Below, in pieces: positions 49,401-61,000 of a DNA stretch of 64,000 bases. Every line of letters starts with the position of its first letter. The stretch's first letter is position 1. Both the position numbers and the translations under genes were made by a program. Below the pieces are notes generated by a model, which had not been told where the DNA came from, ran no database searches, and worked only from the letters and a program-made list of their open reading frames with translations. The DNA is from Harriotta raleighana (lineage: Eukaryota): the NCBI GenBank assembly GCA_050575255.1, contig JBNZDD010013730.1, positions 3,991,671 to 4,055,670 on the forward strand. The letters are read 5' to 3'.

Positions 49401-51256
49401 ATCCACCTTAAAAGGGAGAATCTAATGATTTGCGTGGCACTTATTTAGCCATAATTCATCAAGGGTAAAGGGTCATAGGAATGTTCTTAATATTAATATG
49501 ACTAAAGAAACCTTTAAACTGCCATTATCATTGAAGCTGTAAAAAGATCTCACTGTTACAAGTGCTATTTAAATCCCAGCCTGCCCAGATTGCCTCCGTG
49601 AGCCATTGTTTTTCTCTACTTCTCCCAACTTTGGAAATCTGTGGTATGCTTGATCATTTCTCATCATACTCTTCCCAAACACTTTCCTTTGAGAAAGTTT
49701 AACAGCTCCAGTCTGTGCCGGCATTTAAACTTAGCCACGCTCCCTGGGTTTCGTTTAAACCAGTAGTGAACAAAGGTGCATGAAGGAGGCTTTAGCACAC
49801 CTAGCTCTGCTTCACAGTCAACTGGCTGTGAAATTTCACTCATGGAGAGCCCACATCAGAAGGGCAGAGGCAGACTTGCAGGAGAGGGCAATACAGAATT
49901 TCTTTATGCATTAATTACAGAAATAAACATTAGTGGTCCTTGATATTAAACGGTACTTAGTCAACATTAAGCTGCTAGAAATGTTGTGAGGATTTAATAC
50001 TGAAAACATACGTGACCATGGTTTGTTACTAAAATGGTAACAATGGTAACATATTAGCTGTTGGGGTTTTGGCTCACATGATGGCGGGCAATGTCAATAA
50101 ATCATTAGCAAGCCTAGTTCTATTTTCTCTACTTTACTACATATTCCTTAGCTTGTAACTCACCATGTTCACTTCTCCACTGGTAGAAAATAACTGAGAA
50201 CCTAAAGCTATTACAATCCTTGCCAACTCTTAAACAATATACTAAAAAAAATGCTCTGAAACAACCAAGAATTTAACCTAAATCTGATGGTTGGCAACTG
50301 ATCTGTTATTGGACTTTACGTAGTTTCTAAACATCCAAATATCAGAGTCAAATATCAGAAAATATTAACAAGCTGTGACAATAATGTTAGGAATCCCTTC
50401 TTTTGAATCACCGTAGAAACATCCAGTAAAACCGTACAAAGAAATTAATGCAATTTGCAAAAGATTTACAGAGTCAAAATTATGCCGCCAGAAGCTGATT
50501 CCAATTGCTTGTACCCGGAAAAATATAAAGATTTTTTGTTATTCGCTTTACACCACATGCATGGATTATTCCAGCTATGGTTTATGACCACTTGTTTTAT
50601 GATCCTCATTAGCCCACTGCTGGAATTAGTTTTCAATGATCACTGAAGTCCATGAGTGAAACGCACAAAGCTTGACTTCTTATTCTTGAGTATTTGAATC
50701 AGATGTTGCAAGCTAAGCTTATCTAAAAATTACAGCACTGCTTATTTCAAGAGTCTCTGCACTTGTGTAGACACATGGTGGTCTATTTAGGCCATCAAGC
50801 CTGATCACTATTTAGTCATGAGCAAGCCTAATTCTGTTACCCCTCCTCTTCTCCATATTTCTTAGCATCCTTACTTAGCTTCTTCACTGTCGGAGAATAA
50901 CTCAGAAACTGATACTAATACAATCCATGCAGCTCTTAAATAATTTTATTGAAGCCATATTTAAGCTCTGTATCTAATTATTTTTTTTTATCAGCGTTCT
51001 TTAATACATCACAATAGCATAACATATTGTTACAGGGCCATTGCAAAGAGACACACCCACACACACAGAAATGAAATGATTTATTTGGTAAAAGGTAGAT
51101 ATTCCTATTTTATGCTTTTAAATATCTATAAATCCCATTTGAACACCTAATTTAATTCTCCAATACATTCAGACCTTGCTGTACTGCTAAGTTTGGGATG
51201 TACCAGTTTAATTTCAAGAGAATAAACCCATAGAGTTTAAAGCCAATAGAACCATC

Positions 51257-51680
51257 TGTTGTGTCAGCATGGCCCAGTGATAGTTCTCCGCCCTCTGAGT
51301 CAGAACATTGTGGGTTCAAGCCCCACATCAGGACATAGAATCACATAGTACAAGCTATCACTCCAGTACAGTGCTGGGGGTATGTTACATTGTTGGAGGT
51401 GTCGACCTTTGGACGAGACACTAAACCGAGTTCCCATCTGCCTATTCAGGTGGATGTTAAAGATACCGTGGCTCTGATCGAAAAGATAAGGGAGTTTATC
51501 CCAATGTCTGGCTCGACATTCACTTTGCAGCTGTCTGTGGGATATTACTGTGCACAACTGGCTAATGTGTTTCACCCAAAGAATTCATCAAGCCAATTGA
51601 TAGTATATTCTGTGAAGTGCTTTGAGATATCTTGATGACCTGATAAGATGCTATATTAAATGCAAGGATTATATATTATT
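51257..51680 (+). mobile_element. Near full-length DeuSINE-like element (SacSINE1/AmnSINE1-type body) with tRNA-like head
   Basis: Head TGGCCCAGTG...GTGGGTTCAAGCCCCAC; body CACTCCAGTACAGTGCTG...TTGGAGGTG...GAGACACTAAACCGAG...TCAGGTGGATGTTAAAGAT; L2-type tail. Family name is from memory. Confidence 0.8.
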
Positions 51681-52465
51681 GGATTTGAGCATTATGCCTT
51701 GTGATCCTGAGACCTCCAGTAAATGGAGTCTTTTTGCAGATGGTGTTATACAGTTCTACTTCCACACATTAGGGGGTGAATAATAGTCACATCACGTACC
51801 ACATTTTTTCATGTTCAATACTCGTACAATGAGAGAGATAGCAATGCGAAAATATTAATCCATTCTCATTAATGGCAAACAGAGAGGGTGAGGTAAAATG
51901 AGGTGGAAGGCCCTGAGGAGCTATGCTTTAGAAAGATCATTCTTTTGGAAATATTTGAAAGCAATATATTGTAAGGAGCAAGGTCCGCTGGTACTTCGTT
52001 CAGTATTACAAGATATCTGATTTTCTGGTAATGTTAATTGCACATTAGTTAGCTTCCAAGAGAATCACAGAATCTCATAACTAGACTCCAGTCTATGTGT
52101 CTCAGCAGATGCTGAGCTCAACCACAGAGAGCCATGTATCTGATCATAATATGCAGAAATAACTTGGTTTACATTGATTTGCATCCTGCAGTATAAACAG
52201 CATTGGTGTTCGTGTAGCTTCATTACAACATTGCTAATATTACTACAATATCATTCAATGCGATTAACCATTTCCAAAAATATATTTTTTATACCAATGA
52301 GCACATTCGCAACCTCCTAGGCTATCTGAATGCACCTGTACATTTAGATGAATCTGTTTAGGAGCAGGGAACCTGTGGTTTTGTTAGATTTATGCTCAAG
52401 ATGAAAGGACAGATATGGTGATCAGTAGCCCATAGCAACTCCCTTTGCACCGTACACTGCTTCAG

Positions 52466-52574
52466 AAATCATAGAATCTTACAGCAGAAAAGGAGGCCAA
52501 TCGACCTATCGAGTCTATGCCGGCTCTTTAAGAAGAGCAATTTAATCCCACTCCCCAGCTCTCTCACCAGTAGC
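52466..52574 (-). mobile_element. CR1 3' terminus (host element, continues at 53711-53803)
   Basis: ATCATAGAATCTTACAGCAGAAAAGGAGGCCAATCGACCTATCGAGTCTATGCCGGCTCTTT. Confidence 0.8.
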
Positions 52575-52579
52575 AAAAA

Positions 52580-53710
52580 TAAAAAATAGATTATTTTCTA
52601 GAGGGGGAGAGGTTGGATAATGTTAGTGTTCAAAGGGATTTGAGTATCCTTGTACACCAATCTCAAAACGTTAGTTTGCAATGCAGCAAGTAACTAAGAA
52701 GGCGAACGGCATGCTAGCGTTCATTTCAAAGGGTTTAGAGTACAAGAGTAGGGAAGTCTTGCTGCAACTGTATAGGGCTTTGGTGAGACCCCACCTAGAG
52801 TATTCTGTGCAGTTTTGGTCTCTTTATTTAAAAAAGGACATGCTTGCCTTAGAGGGGGTGCAGCGTAGATTCTCTACGTTAGTTCCTGGGTTAGTTCCCC
52901 TTTCTTCCCTGGCCCCATTTCCATGTATGTTTGTGGGACACTGCTGTGCGCAATTTGGCTGCCGCGTTTCGCCCAAAAATATACAGTCAGTTTTTCCTGC
53001 TTTTCTTCCCCCAACACCACCCCCACTTGACTGTACAGCGCCTTGGGACATCCTCCTGACGTGAAAGGCGCTATATAAATATAATATATAAATAAATAAA
53101 TAAATAAATGAAGGGACTGACCTATGAGGATAGGTTGAATAAACTAANTTTGGTGAGCCCGCACCTAAAGTATTGTGTGCAGTTTTGGTCTCCTTATTTA
53201 AAAAAGGACGTACTTGCCTTAGAGGGGATGCAGTATAGATTCACTAGGTTAGTCCCTGGGATGAGGGGACTGACCTATGAGGATAGGTTGAATAAACTAA
53301 GTCTGTATTCTCTAGAGTACAGAAGAATTAGGGGGATCTTATTGAAACATATAAGATTCTTAAAAGGCTGGATAAAATGACACTGAGGGACTGTTTCTCC
53401 TGGTAGGAGAATCTATAACCAGGGGTCACAGTCTTCAAATTAAGGGACAGCCTTTTAGAACAGAGTTGAGGAAACATTTCTTCACTCAGAGGATTTATGG
53501 AATTCACTACCCCAGAAGGCTGTGGATGCTTAGACCTTGAACATTTTCAAGGATGAGACTGATAGATTTCTTAAAAATAGAGGGATTAGGGGATATGGGG
53601 ATAGGGCAGGTAATTAGAGTTAGGTCAGAAGATCAGCCATGATCTTATTGAATGGTGGGGCAGACTCGAAGGGCTGAATGGTCTACTCCTGCTCCTAATT
53701 ATGTTCTTAT
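52580..53710 (+). mobile_element. CR1 LINE (second family): ORF2 C-terminus and 3'UTR
   Basis: QQVTKKANGMLAFISKGLEYKSREVLLQLYRALVRPHLEYSVQFWS...GLTYEDRLNKLSLYSLEYRR; 3'UTR GATCAGCCATGATCTTATTGAATGG...CTACTCCTGCTCCT. Confidence 0.95.
52891..53107 (+). mobile_element. Chimeric insert in CR1: SINE Deu-like middle joined to a family 'B' tail with (TAAA)n
   Basis: TGTTTGTGGGACACTGCTGTGCGCAATTTGGCTGCCGCGTTTCGCCC...C-rich...CAGCGCCTTGGGACATCCTCCTGACGTGAAAGGCGCTATATAAAT. Confidence 0.75.
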
Positions 53711-53803
53711 AATCACGCAAACGAATCCTCCCCAAATAAATGTCTACCTCTCTTTTAAAAATTGTTATTGAATCGGCCTCCACCACCTTTTCAGGCAAAT
53801 GTG
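53711..53803 (-). mobile_element. CR1 ORF2 C-terminus (5' part of the host at 52466-52574)
   Basis: HLPEKVVEADSITIFKREVDIYLGRIRLRDY. Confidence 0.8.
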
Positions 53804-54199
53804 CCAAATTTATTGAATTTTTAAAAAAAATTCTTCATTTTTCTTTTGCTTTGAAGCATCCCTGGTCCAATATGAAAAGCGAAATAGCAGCATGCCGAGA
53901 TTGAAGGCTAGAGCACTGATTCTCCTGGGTGATGGAGTTTGTAGATTTGAGCCCTATTCCACAGTTGCGCTTGAGATTACTATCTGCATAGACTGACCAT
54001 TTGAGAACTCAAAGGAGGTCGAGGCCATGAATTTCCTGAGCTGCTTTTAAACAGGCCGAGGACACAAACTTCTCTGGGGGCACAGTTCAATGGGATACTG
54101 TGACTCTTTGGTACTTTGTGTGAGTGATTATTCTTCCTGGACAGGCCTAGATTACAATGTTTCAAAAGGCTATTCATTGGTGGGAACCAAACCTGTATT

Positions 54200-54410
54200 C
54201 TTCACACACACACACACACAAACACAAGGTTGCTAGAAAGTGAAGAAGGTTTTCCTCTCATAATGCCTTGGGGCATTAAGGCCAAATGTAACATATGTAC
54301 AGATGCTGTAGCTGACATCAATCAGCTCAGCACCTATTGGGAATCAAATCTCTGTCCTGTTTGGCTTCATGGTGCATTGAGTGGTGCATTTTCCTGCTAA
54401 ACCAGGGAGC
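54200..54410 (-). mobile_element. Ancient SINE-like repeat fragment (probably same family as 26780-27175)
   Basis: (CA)n, then ...GGGGCATTAAGGCCAAATGTAACAT...CAGCTCAGCAC...GGGAATCAAA (reverse B-box-like). Confidence 0.4.
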
Positions 54411-54654
54411 GCAGAAGTGTGTACTTGCTACATGTGTACTCGAGCATAAAGCTGTGATAGTGCTTTATTCGGAATATTCCTTTAAACAAATTTGTTGCTT
54501 TTCCAAATAATATTGCTCTCGGAGAGATGGTTAAGCTTGATGTTATCACAAATGTGCCCTGCGATACAGAATATGTAAATAGTGACAATTTACTGAGGAA
54601 AATTACGTGGTTGCATTTATTTGCATCCGGATTTGTACTCTGTGCTTCGTACCG

Positions 54655-55073
54655 CAATTACCCCAGTCCTCGTCAAACTTCCCTGGCTCCCTGTCACAGA
54701 GCAAATCGAATTCAAGATCCTCACTCCAGTGTTTAAATTTCTCCGTTCCTTGGCATCCCCCAACTAATTTCTCTGACCTTCTCTCTCCTCACGGCAGTAC
54801 CTGCTGCCTCCACTCTACTGGGTCCGGCCTCCTCCTTGTCCTCTGAATCCCCTGCTCCACCATCGGCGGAGGTACTTTTTGTCACTATGCCCAGAAACTT
54901 TGGAACTCCCTTCCTCAATCCCTTTGCTTGAAGACCTTCCTCTTTGACTGCGCCTATGCTACCATTGGGCCCCTGACCCAGGCTTGGCCTCAGGCTCCAC
55001 CATTGTAAAGCACTCTGAGATGTCGCCCGGCATGGAGGGCGCTATGTAAATGCAAGTTGTTGTTGTTGTTGTT
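54655..55073 (+). mobile_element. L2 family 'A' 3' end
   Basis: ATTACCCCAGTCCTCG...TTCAAGATCCTCACT...CTTTGGAACTCCCTTCC...TGTAAAGCACTCTGAGATGTCGCCCGGCATGGAGGGCGCTATGTAAATGCAAG(TTG)n. Confidence 0.9.
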
Positions 55074-55764
55074 ATGGTAGTGCAATAATTCACCAGCGCT
55101 TTATGATTCTAACTTCACAATTCTAACACTTTATACCCTGAAGTATCTATTAGTTTATTCCGTGATTTTTCTCCAAAAAATGATACTGTAGTTATCAGTA
55201 CTCCTGAGTTCCTTTTTAAAAAAAAGTTTAATGTTTTTATCATATCAAATATTATATATTGCATCTCTTGAAAAGTTACTTTGTTCTGTAACCCCCCTTT
55301 TTTTTTTAACCAATGTTGGGTGTGATTTTCTTTTGAGAAACTTCTCGGACTCGTCAGCAAATGTTCAATGACAACGTTTAAAAGCATTGTCTACCTGTGC
55401 TGGTTGAGAAGTGTAGCTTTTCCGTTTGTGGTAAACAACTCTAATGAGCTGGAAACAGTTCTGAGTGGTGTGGACACACAAGCTCCCAAGGGGACAAAAA
55501 TGACCATTTTTAGTTAGGACGCAATCTTCTTAGAAGGAAATAAGTTAATCTCTGTAGGCAGCAAATATGACTACCTCTGGCGAAAGTGAAGAAAAAGAGG
55601 AATTGTGAAAACGCTTTTTTTTTCTCTTGTGTTCATTCAACTGTTAAAAGTTGATTGCTTCATTAAAGGAACAAATTTGAAACCCCTGGGACTGTGGCTA
55701 TATCTGACAAGTTGTCAAGTTTCCAGCCAACATTACAAACCATATTATATATACATATTTGCAT

Positions 55765-56042
55765 ATAAATAATCTTTACATTGGATATAGTGCCTTATCA
55801 CATCTTCTAGATGTCTCAAAGCGCTTCACAGAATATACTGTAAAGTCAATTGACTGTATATTTGTGGGCGAAACGTGGCAGCTGATTTACACACATGGTC
55901 CCACATACAGTCATGAAATGATCAATATTTTTTTTTTGAGGGATTATTATCAGGCATGTGGAGTAAGGAAACATGGCTGGAATTGAATCCAGGTCTCTTG
56001 CTTGTAAGGCAAGTGATCTCACCACTGAGCTACAGAGCTCCA
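55765..56042 (-). mobile_element. tRNA-derived SINE (main family) with head; partly duplicated at 56063-56290 across an N
   Basis: rc head GGAGCTCTGTAGCTCAGTGGTGAGATCACTTGCCTTACAAGCAAGAGACCTGGATTCAATTCC; body and tail present. Confidence 0.9.
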
Positions 56043-56290
56043 ACTTCTTCAAACATGATGTNTATACTGTAAAGTCAATTGACTGTATATTTGTGGGCGA
56101 AACGTGGCAGCTGATTTACACACATGGTCCCACATACAGTCATGAAATGATCAATATTTTTTTTTTGAGGGATTATTATCAGGCATGTGGAGTAAGGAAA
56201 CATGGCTGGAATTGAATCCAGGTCTCTTGCTTGTAAGGCAAGTGATCTCACCACTGAGCTACAGAGCTCCAACTTCTTCAAACATGATGT
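55834..56290. other. 228-bp direct duplication flanking the single N at 56062 (probable assembly overlap artefact)
   Basis: 55834-56061 appears identical to 56063-56290. Confidence 0.9.
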
Positions 56291-56459
56291 GCAATCTGGT
56301 ATTTGACTTAAAAGTTGTACATTTACATTTTGGGATTTTGCTCGTGAGTGAGGCAGGTGAGCTGCCCCCATTACACATATTACATTTGTTTATATGAATG
56401 CAATAAAACCTGTTTACCAGGATGTACAGATGAGAACCTTATTTGTATGAAACAATTCA

Positions 56460-56820
56460 TTTATCTCTTTATTTATGGCACAACCCGGACAATATGAACC
56501 TGACATGTTCGTGCTAATTAGACTAATTCAGTGATATACATCAGAGCGGCCAAGTTTATGAGGCAATAAATGAGTTTTATTCACGGAATAAATTACGAGA
56601 GGTTAAGGTAAACCAGTTTTGTCAAGTAAATATGGCAAAGCTAAAGGATATGTCTGTTGCATGAATTAACATTCTAAACACTTTCTTTTCTCGGTCTCAT
56701 TTCCTTTTTTTTTATATGTATTTGCTCTTTAATTGCAATGTTTGCAGTCCGTGGAATTAATAACCATTGCCGCAGAGGAACCTTTTTGTCATGTCACCGG
56801 AAGCTGCTCATGAGCAGAGT
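56460..56820. promoter_or_regulatory. Candidate conserved non-coding enhancer (Hox/Cdx/Meis/Fox motif cluster)
   Basis: TTTATGG, TTTATGA, GCAATAAA, TAATTA, TGACA/TGTCA and GTAAATA within ~170 bp of non-repetitive sequence. Confidence 0.35.
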
Positions 56821-58062
56821 CCTGAAAGAAAATAATTGTTGTCGGAGATCGTAAGAATAATCCACACATTTGGTATACCTTCTTTCACATCAGGGGGGGA
56901 GTCACAGGGGTTTTCTGTAAACTGGATTGACTGAGTTTTGTGGGCGAACAAAAGCAGTCAACCTGTGCACAGATGCACCTGAATGTGTTTCCATACTACT
57001 GGATCACACTATCGGATGTCAAAACAGTTTACACCAATGATCTTAGCAATATTTCCTGCTCCATAAGAATCCCATAGAGGATCTCTTCATTTCCTATTTA
57101 ATAACTGCTGCTGTGCATCAGGGAACCATGCTAGGTCACTGTAACACAGCGGAGGTTGTGCAATGATGGAACGCCCAAGATGTAGCTCATTGACTCCTGG
57201 AAGCCTATCTAACTTTCTTTGCCCATAATACAGGATGTGTGCTATAACCTTTTCAGCACACAGTTTGCCCACAGTTATACTCTAAGTGGCATTTAAACTT
57301 GTTTAAGGGTATCACAAACCACTTATTCCTGCTACTCTGGTACTGAACATGGAACTTGGTGTGCATATTTCCAGGTTAATTCTTTTTTGACTCCTACTTT
57401 TAGGAATCCTGTTCAGAGTTTACTGCACAAACACTCGTATAACCTCAAACTGGCAGTGAGACGAAGAGTTTACCAAACTTTGGAGAAAAGGTAATTAAGC
57501 ACAACATTTATGAGGAGATATTGTGTGCATGGCGTTTTGTGAGAAGCAATTAAGCACAGAATTTTTAATTAAAATAATGAAAGCGATGAATATGAAACAC
57601 TTGGAAATACTGTTTAGCTTTTTGCTGTCTACATTGACAGTCGGAAAGTCACGACACTTCAGTTTACAGAAACTACACACCTCAGGGCAAAATAACCTTA
57701 TCACAGTTGATAAAACAATAGGTTAAGAAACATAACTTGCATGGTGGACTTGTTTGAAGCTGTTGTTAATAAGCCTGGCCTATTGGCAAGGATTTGAAGA
57801 TTAACCAAATAGTTACATGGAAATGTCTTATTGGGGAGATGTTGGCAATGAATAATGACTGAATCGTGAATCCTTTAAAAATATATATTTTTATTTAGAT
57901 CAAAATCTCAAGAACTGCAACCACTTTTAAAAAGTCAAAAATAGGGACAATCGCTTAGATACCTAATGGACTGTACAATTGATCAAGCCTTTAATAAAGA
58001 AATAACTTTATTTCTATAGCATCTTATTATGTCAATATGTGTTAACATTTGTTAAATGTGTT

Positions 58063-58262
58063 AACAACAAAGTGACATTTGTATAGCGCATTTCTCGTCA
58101 GGACAACATCCTAAGGTGCTGCACAATCAGTGTTTCAGACCCGAGCTGGGGGGGGGTCAAGATCAGGGAGGGTGGAAGGTGGGGCAGGGGGAGAAAGAAG
58201 GTGATTGAAGGTTTGGGTCTTGAAGGAGGCAAGGCTGGCGGGTGGAAGGGGTGAGGCAGAGG
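58063..58262 (-). mobile_element. Family 'B' tail element with long C-rich leader
   Basis: Plus strand ACATTTGTATAGCGCATTTCTCGTCAGGACAACATCCTAAGGTGCTG...CCCGAGCTGGGGGGG followed by G-rich sequence. Confidence 0.75.
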
Positions 58263-58408
58263 GACTGCAGGATGTAAAGTCAAACCACTTTGAGTACAAA
58301 GATTGAATTTTTTAGGCAAATGGTCATTGTGNGCAGAGGGACTGCAGGATGTAAAGTCAAACCACTTTGAGTACAAAGATTGCATTTTTTAGGCAAATGG
58401 TCATTGTG
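58256..58408. other. 76-bp direct duplication flanking the single N at 58332 (probable assembly artefact)
   Basis: 58256-58331 vs 58333-58408, one A/C difference. Confidence 0.85.
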
Positions 58409-58411
58409 TCA

Positions 58412-58484
58412 ATAACAACAACAACAACAACAACTTCGATTTATATAGCGCCCTCCATGCCGGATGGCGTCTCAGAGAGCTTAA
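58412..58484 (-). mobile_element. L2 family 'A' 3' tail only
   Basis: (AAC)n TTCGATTTATATAGCGCCCTCCATGCCGGATGGCGTCTCAGAGAGCTT, near-identical to 345-402. Confidence 0.85.
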
Positions 58485-58504
58485 GGCCCCTTAAATAGAC
58501 ATTT

Positions 58505-58640
58505 GACAAACAAATGACCAATTAATCAGCATTGTTGACTAGGATTCTGGCAGAAACTCGCTCTCTTTTGGAATATTGTCATGGGACGTGTAACTACCCA
58601 CCCTATCAGACAGACTCAGTTCAATGTCTTATCCAAAAGA
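58505..58640 (-). mobile_element. Old DeuSINE-like fragment
   Basis: AATGACCA...CTCTTTTGGAATATTGTCATGGGA...TTCAATGTCTTATCCAAAAGA. Confidence 0.55.
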
Positions 58641-60622
58641 AATGAGATTGCCTATCAGTTTGCAAACAAGTGTGAAAAGGTTTCAGGACTGAAACAAATC
58701 TAGAGAAAGACGGAGGTGTCTTTTTTATGGACCATTATACGCTTACACTAAAATAAAAGCAAATTATTTACTTATGAATTTGCATAATTATTTCATCACA
58801 ATCCGTGTGCTTTCAAAATGTATTTACATTTTATTATGGTAATTTATGTACCGTTAGTTGTGTTTCTAAACGCTTCCAAGTACAGCGAGATCGCTGGTTG
58901 GTTGATTTTGAATTTATGAAATTGACAAGTAGATAATTGGAAAAGGGATACGGCAGCTTAAGAAAAAGGAAGATATACAAACAAGAGTGGGTGGTATACT
59001 GCAGAACATGTTCTTGTAGCCTATAAAAGGAGTCCTAATAAATGTAGTACTAATGTAGTAGTAAATGTTATAATACAGAGCACTCTGAAAAGGATAAACT
59101 ATAACAAAATTATTCATAAAAGGAAATAGGAAGAGATGTCATGCTGAGTGGCTACACACAGTTATATGGAGCACTAACAAGGTTATCATTGAAAGCTGAG
59201 TGCTGCTACTCACTTATAGCTCTTTTACTTACTCTGTTTATATGCAGGCTGAAAAATTGATGTTTAAATTGTTGATTTTCCCAAGAGCAATATTCCCTGA
59301 GTGTAAACTGAGCCAGTCAGCTTTCCTGATGACTAATCCATGCAAGGCATTCGTCAAGAAAGATCAACATTCCTTGTGATATAAAATATATAGTTAAGCA
59401 TGCTGTCAGTCAGGAAGTATCACTTATAAAGTGTGGAAGTTTTGAAAGATTGCTATTCACAATAAATGTAACCAAAAATCTATAAAGCTATTAACTGTAA
59501 GGCTCCTTAATCAGAAAATCATTGACTGGAGCCAAGCATAACCTGCAGGTAGGTAAAATCAGCTTGGTTGCTTCGGTTTACTGAATTCCCAATATAATAT
59601 AATATAATAGAATTGGATTTTGCGTTAAAAAATCATTTGTTAAATTGAAAGAAAAGCCAAGTTAAATTATGCTAGAGTATGTTTAAATACAGAGATATGC
59701 GTCCTCTCTTGTTCAAATTATTATTTGGATACCGTATAGCAACATTTATTTTTGAGTCCGTACGTTCACCAACATAACATTCAGCTGCTGTGACTCATTC
59801 CCTAAATGGCATCTCCTCGATTTGTTACTCTGGTTAACAGAGGGACGACATTGAAATTGAAGTTGGAAACTGGCTCCTGGAAAAGAGGAAGTACTGTAAA
59901 TCCTTGATATTCTGAAGGTGATAATTCAAACGTTTTACAGAGCAACCTGAAGAAGTGTTGACTAAAGTCATGATGGTATGTGCTCTTCCATTAAAATTAG
60001 CAGGCTAGGATCTGGCAGCTGTGGTCGCAAATTTATAATGGGAGGCAATATAAATTAGTAGCATTAGAGAGTTAGTCCAGAAACACAGCAGCTAAGTACA
60101 ACAGCCTAGGTAGATGGGGCCATTGGCTTCCATTCAGGCTTTGTAATCCATTCAGGCCCCGAGTCACCTGAACTCACTGAGTGAACTTCTTGTATCCTGG
60201 AAGAGGGAGGAGAGAAAAACTGGGAGAGAAATAAATAGCAAGCACAATGATCTAAGGAGATTATAATTATCTTTCCTAATTTATCCAAGAGTACTTAGGT
60301 ACCAAACTTCAAAAGGATTTTCTGATACACTTTGTATTGAAATTAATCTAGCTGCAGGGCAAATGAATGAATATCTTAAGCAGAACCTTAGAAGGGTTGC
60401 TTTAATGAAGTATTACTTTTACAGCACTCTCCAAGGCCTAGGTCAACCGTATTCCTCCATACTCACGATATTGAATATCTGCTGTCAATGTGATGTACAC
60501 ACTGCTAAGACCAGTAACTTTACTGACGAGCCGGAATGAAATGCGAACATACTAAACTCATTGCGTTTCCTCTTATTGTTATCGTAAGGAAGGTAAAAAT
60601 AATATTACATCAAAGCATCCTT

Positions 60623-61000
60623 GGGGTCCTGTAGCTCAGAGCTTAGAGCACTCACCTTGCAAGCAAGAGGACCTGAGTTCAATTCCCATATGGGGCAAAA
60701 CAATGGGCAAGTTACCTCGATGTTACTTCGATGTACCTAGCAGTAAGTGGAAACCCAGTTATTACTCAATTGGCGGGTTAATAATTCCTTGAAAAATATA
60801 TATATATATCAATAAATAATAATAATTGATTTAGTCACTCATTCCACGACTGTTTGTGGGATACTGCTGTGTGCAATTGGCTGAAGCGTTTTGCCCACAA
60901 TTCATTTTACAGTATGCTTTGCAAAGCAACTTTGAGACATCTTAAAGATGTGATAAGGTGCTGTCTCAAATGCAAGAATTAGTATCATATTATTATCATG
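60623..61000 (+). mobile_element. Full-length SINE, longer internal variant of the main family
   Basis: Head GGGGTCCTGTAGCTCAG...CCTTGCAAGCAAGAGGACCTGAGTTCAATTCCC; extra internal segment at ~60711-60780; Deu-like middle and tail. Confidence 0.85.

Noticed and set aside
52681-53380. ORFs with clear protein-like sequence
   Set aside because: CR1 ORF2 C-terminal fragments, truncated and interrupted; not host genes.
55834-56290. Tandem SINE dimer or LTR-like direct repeat
   Set aside because: Apparently identical copies separated by a single N; assembly overlap.
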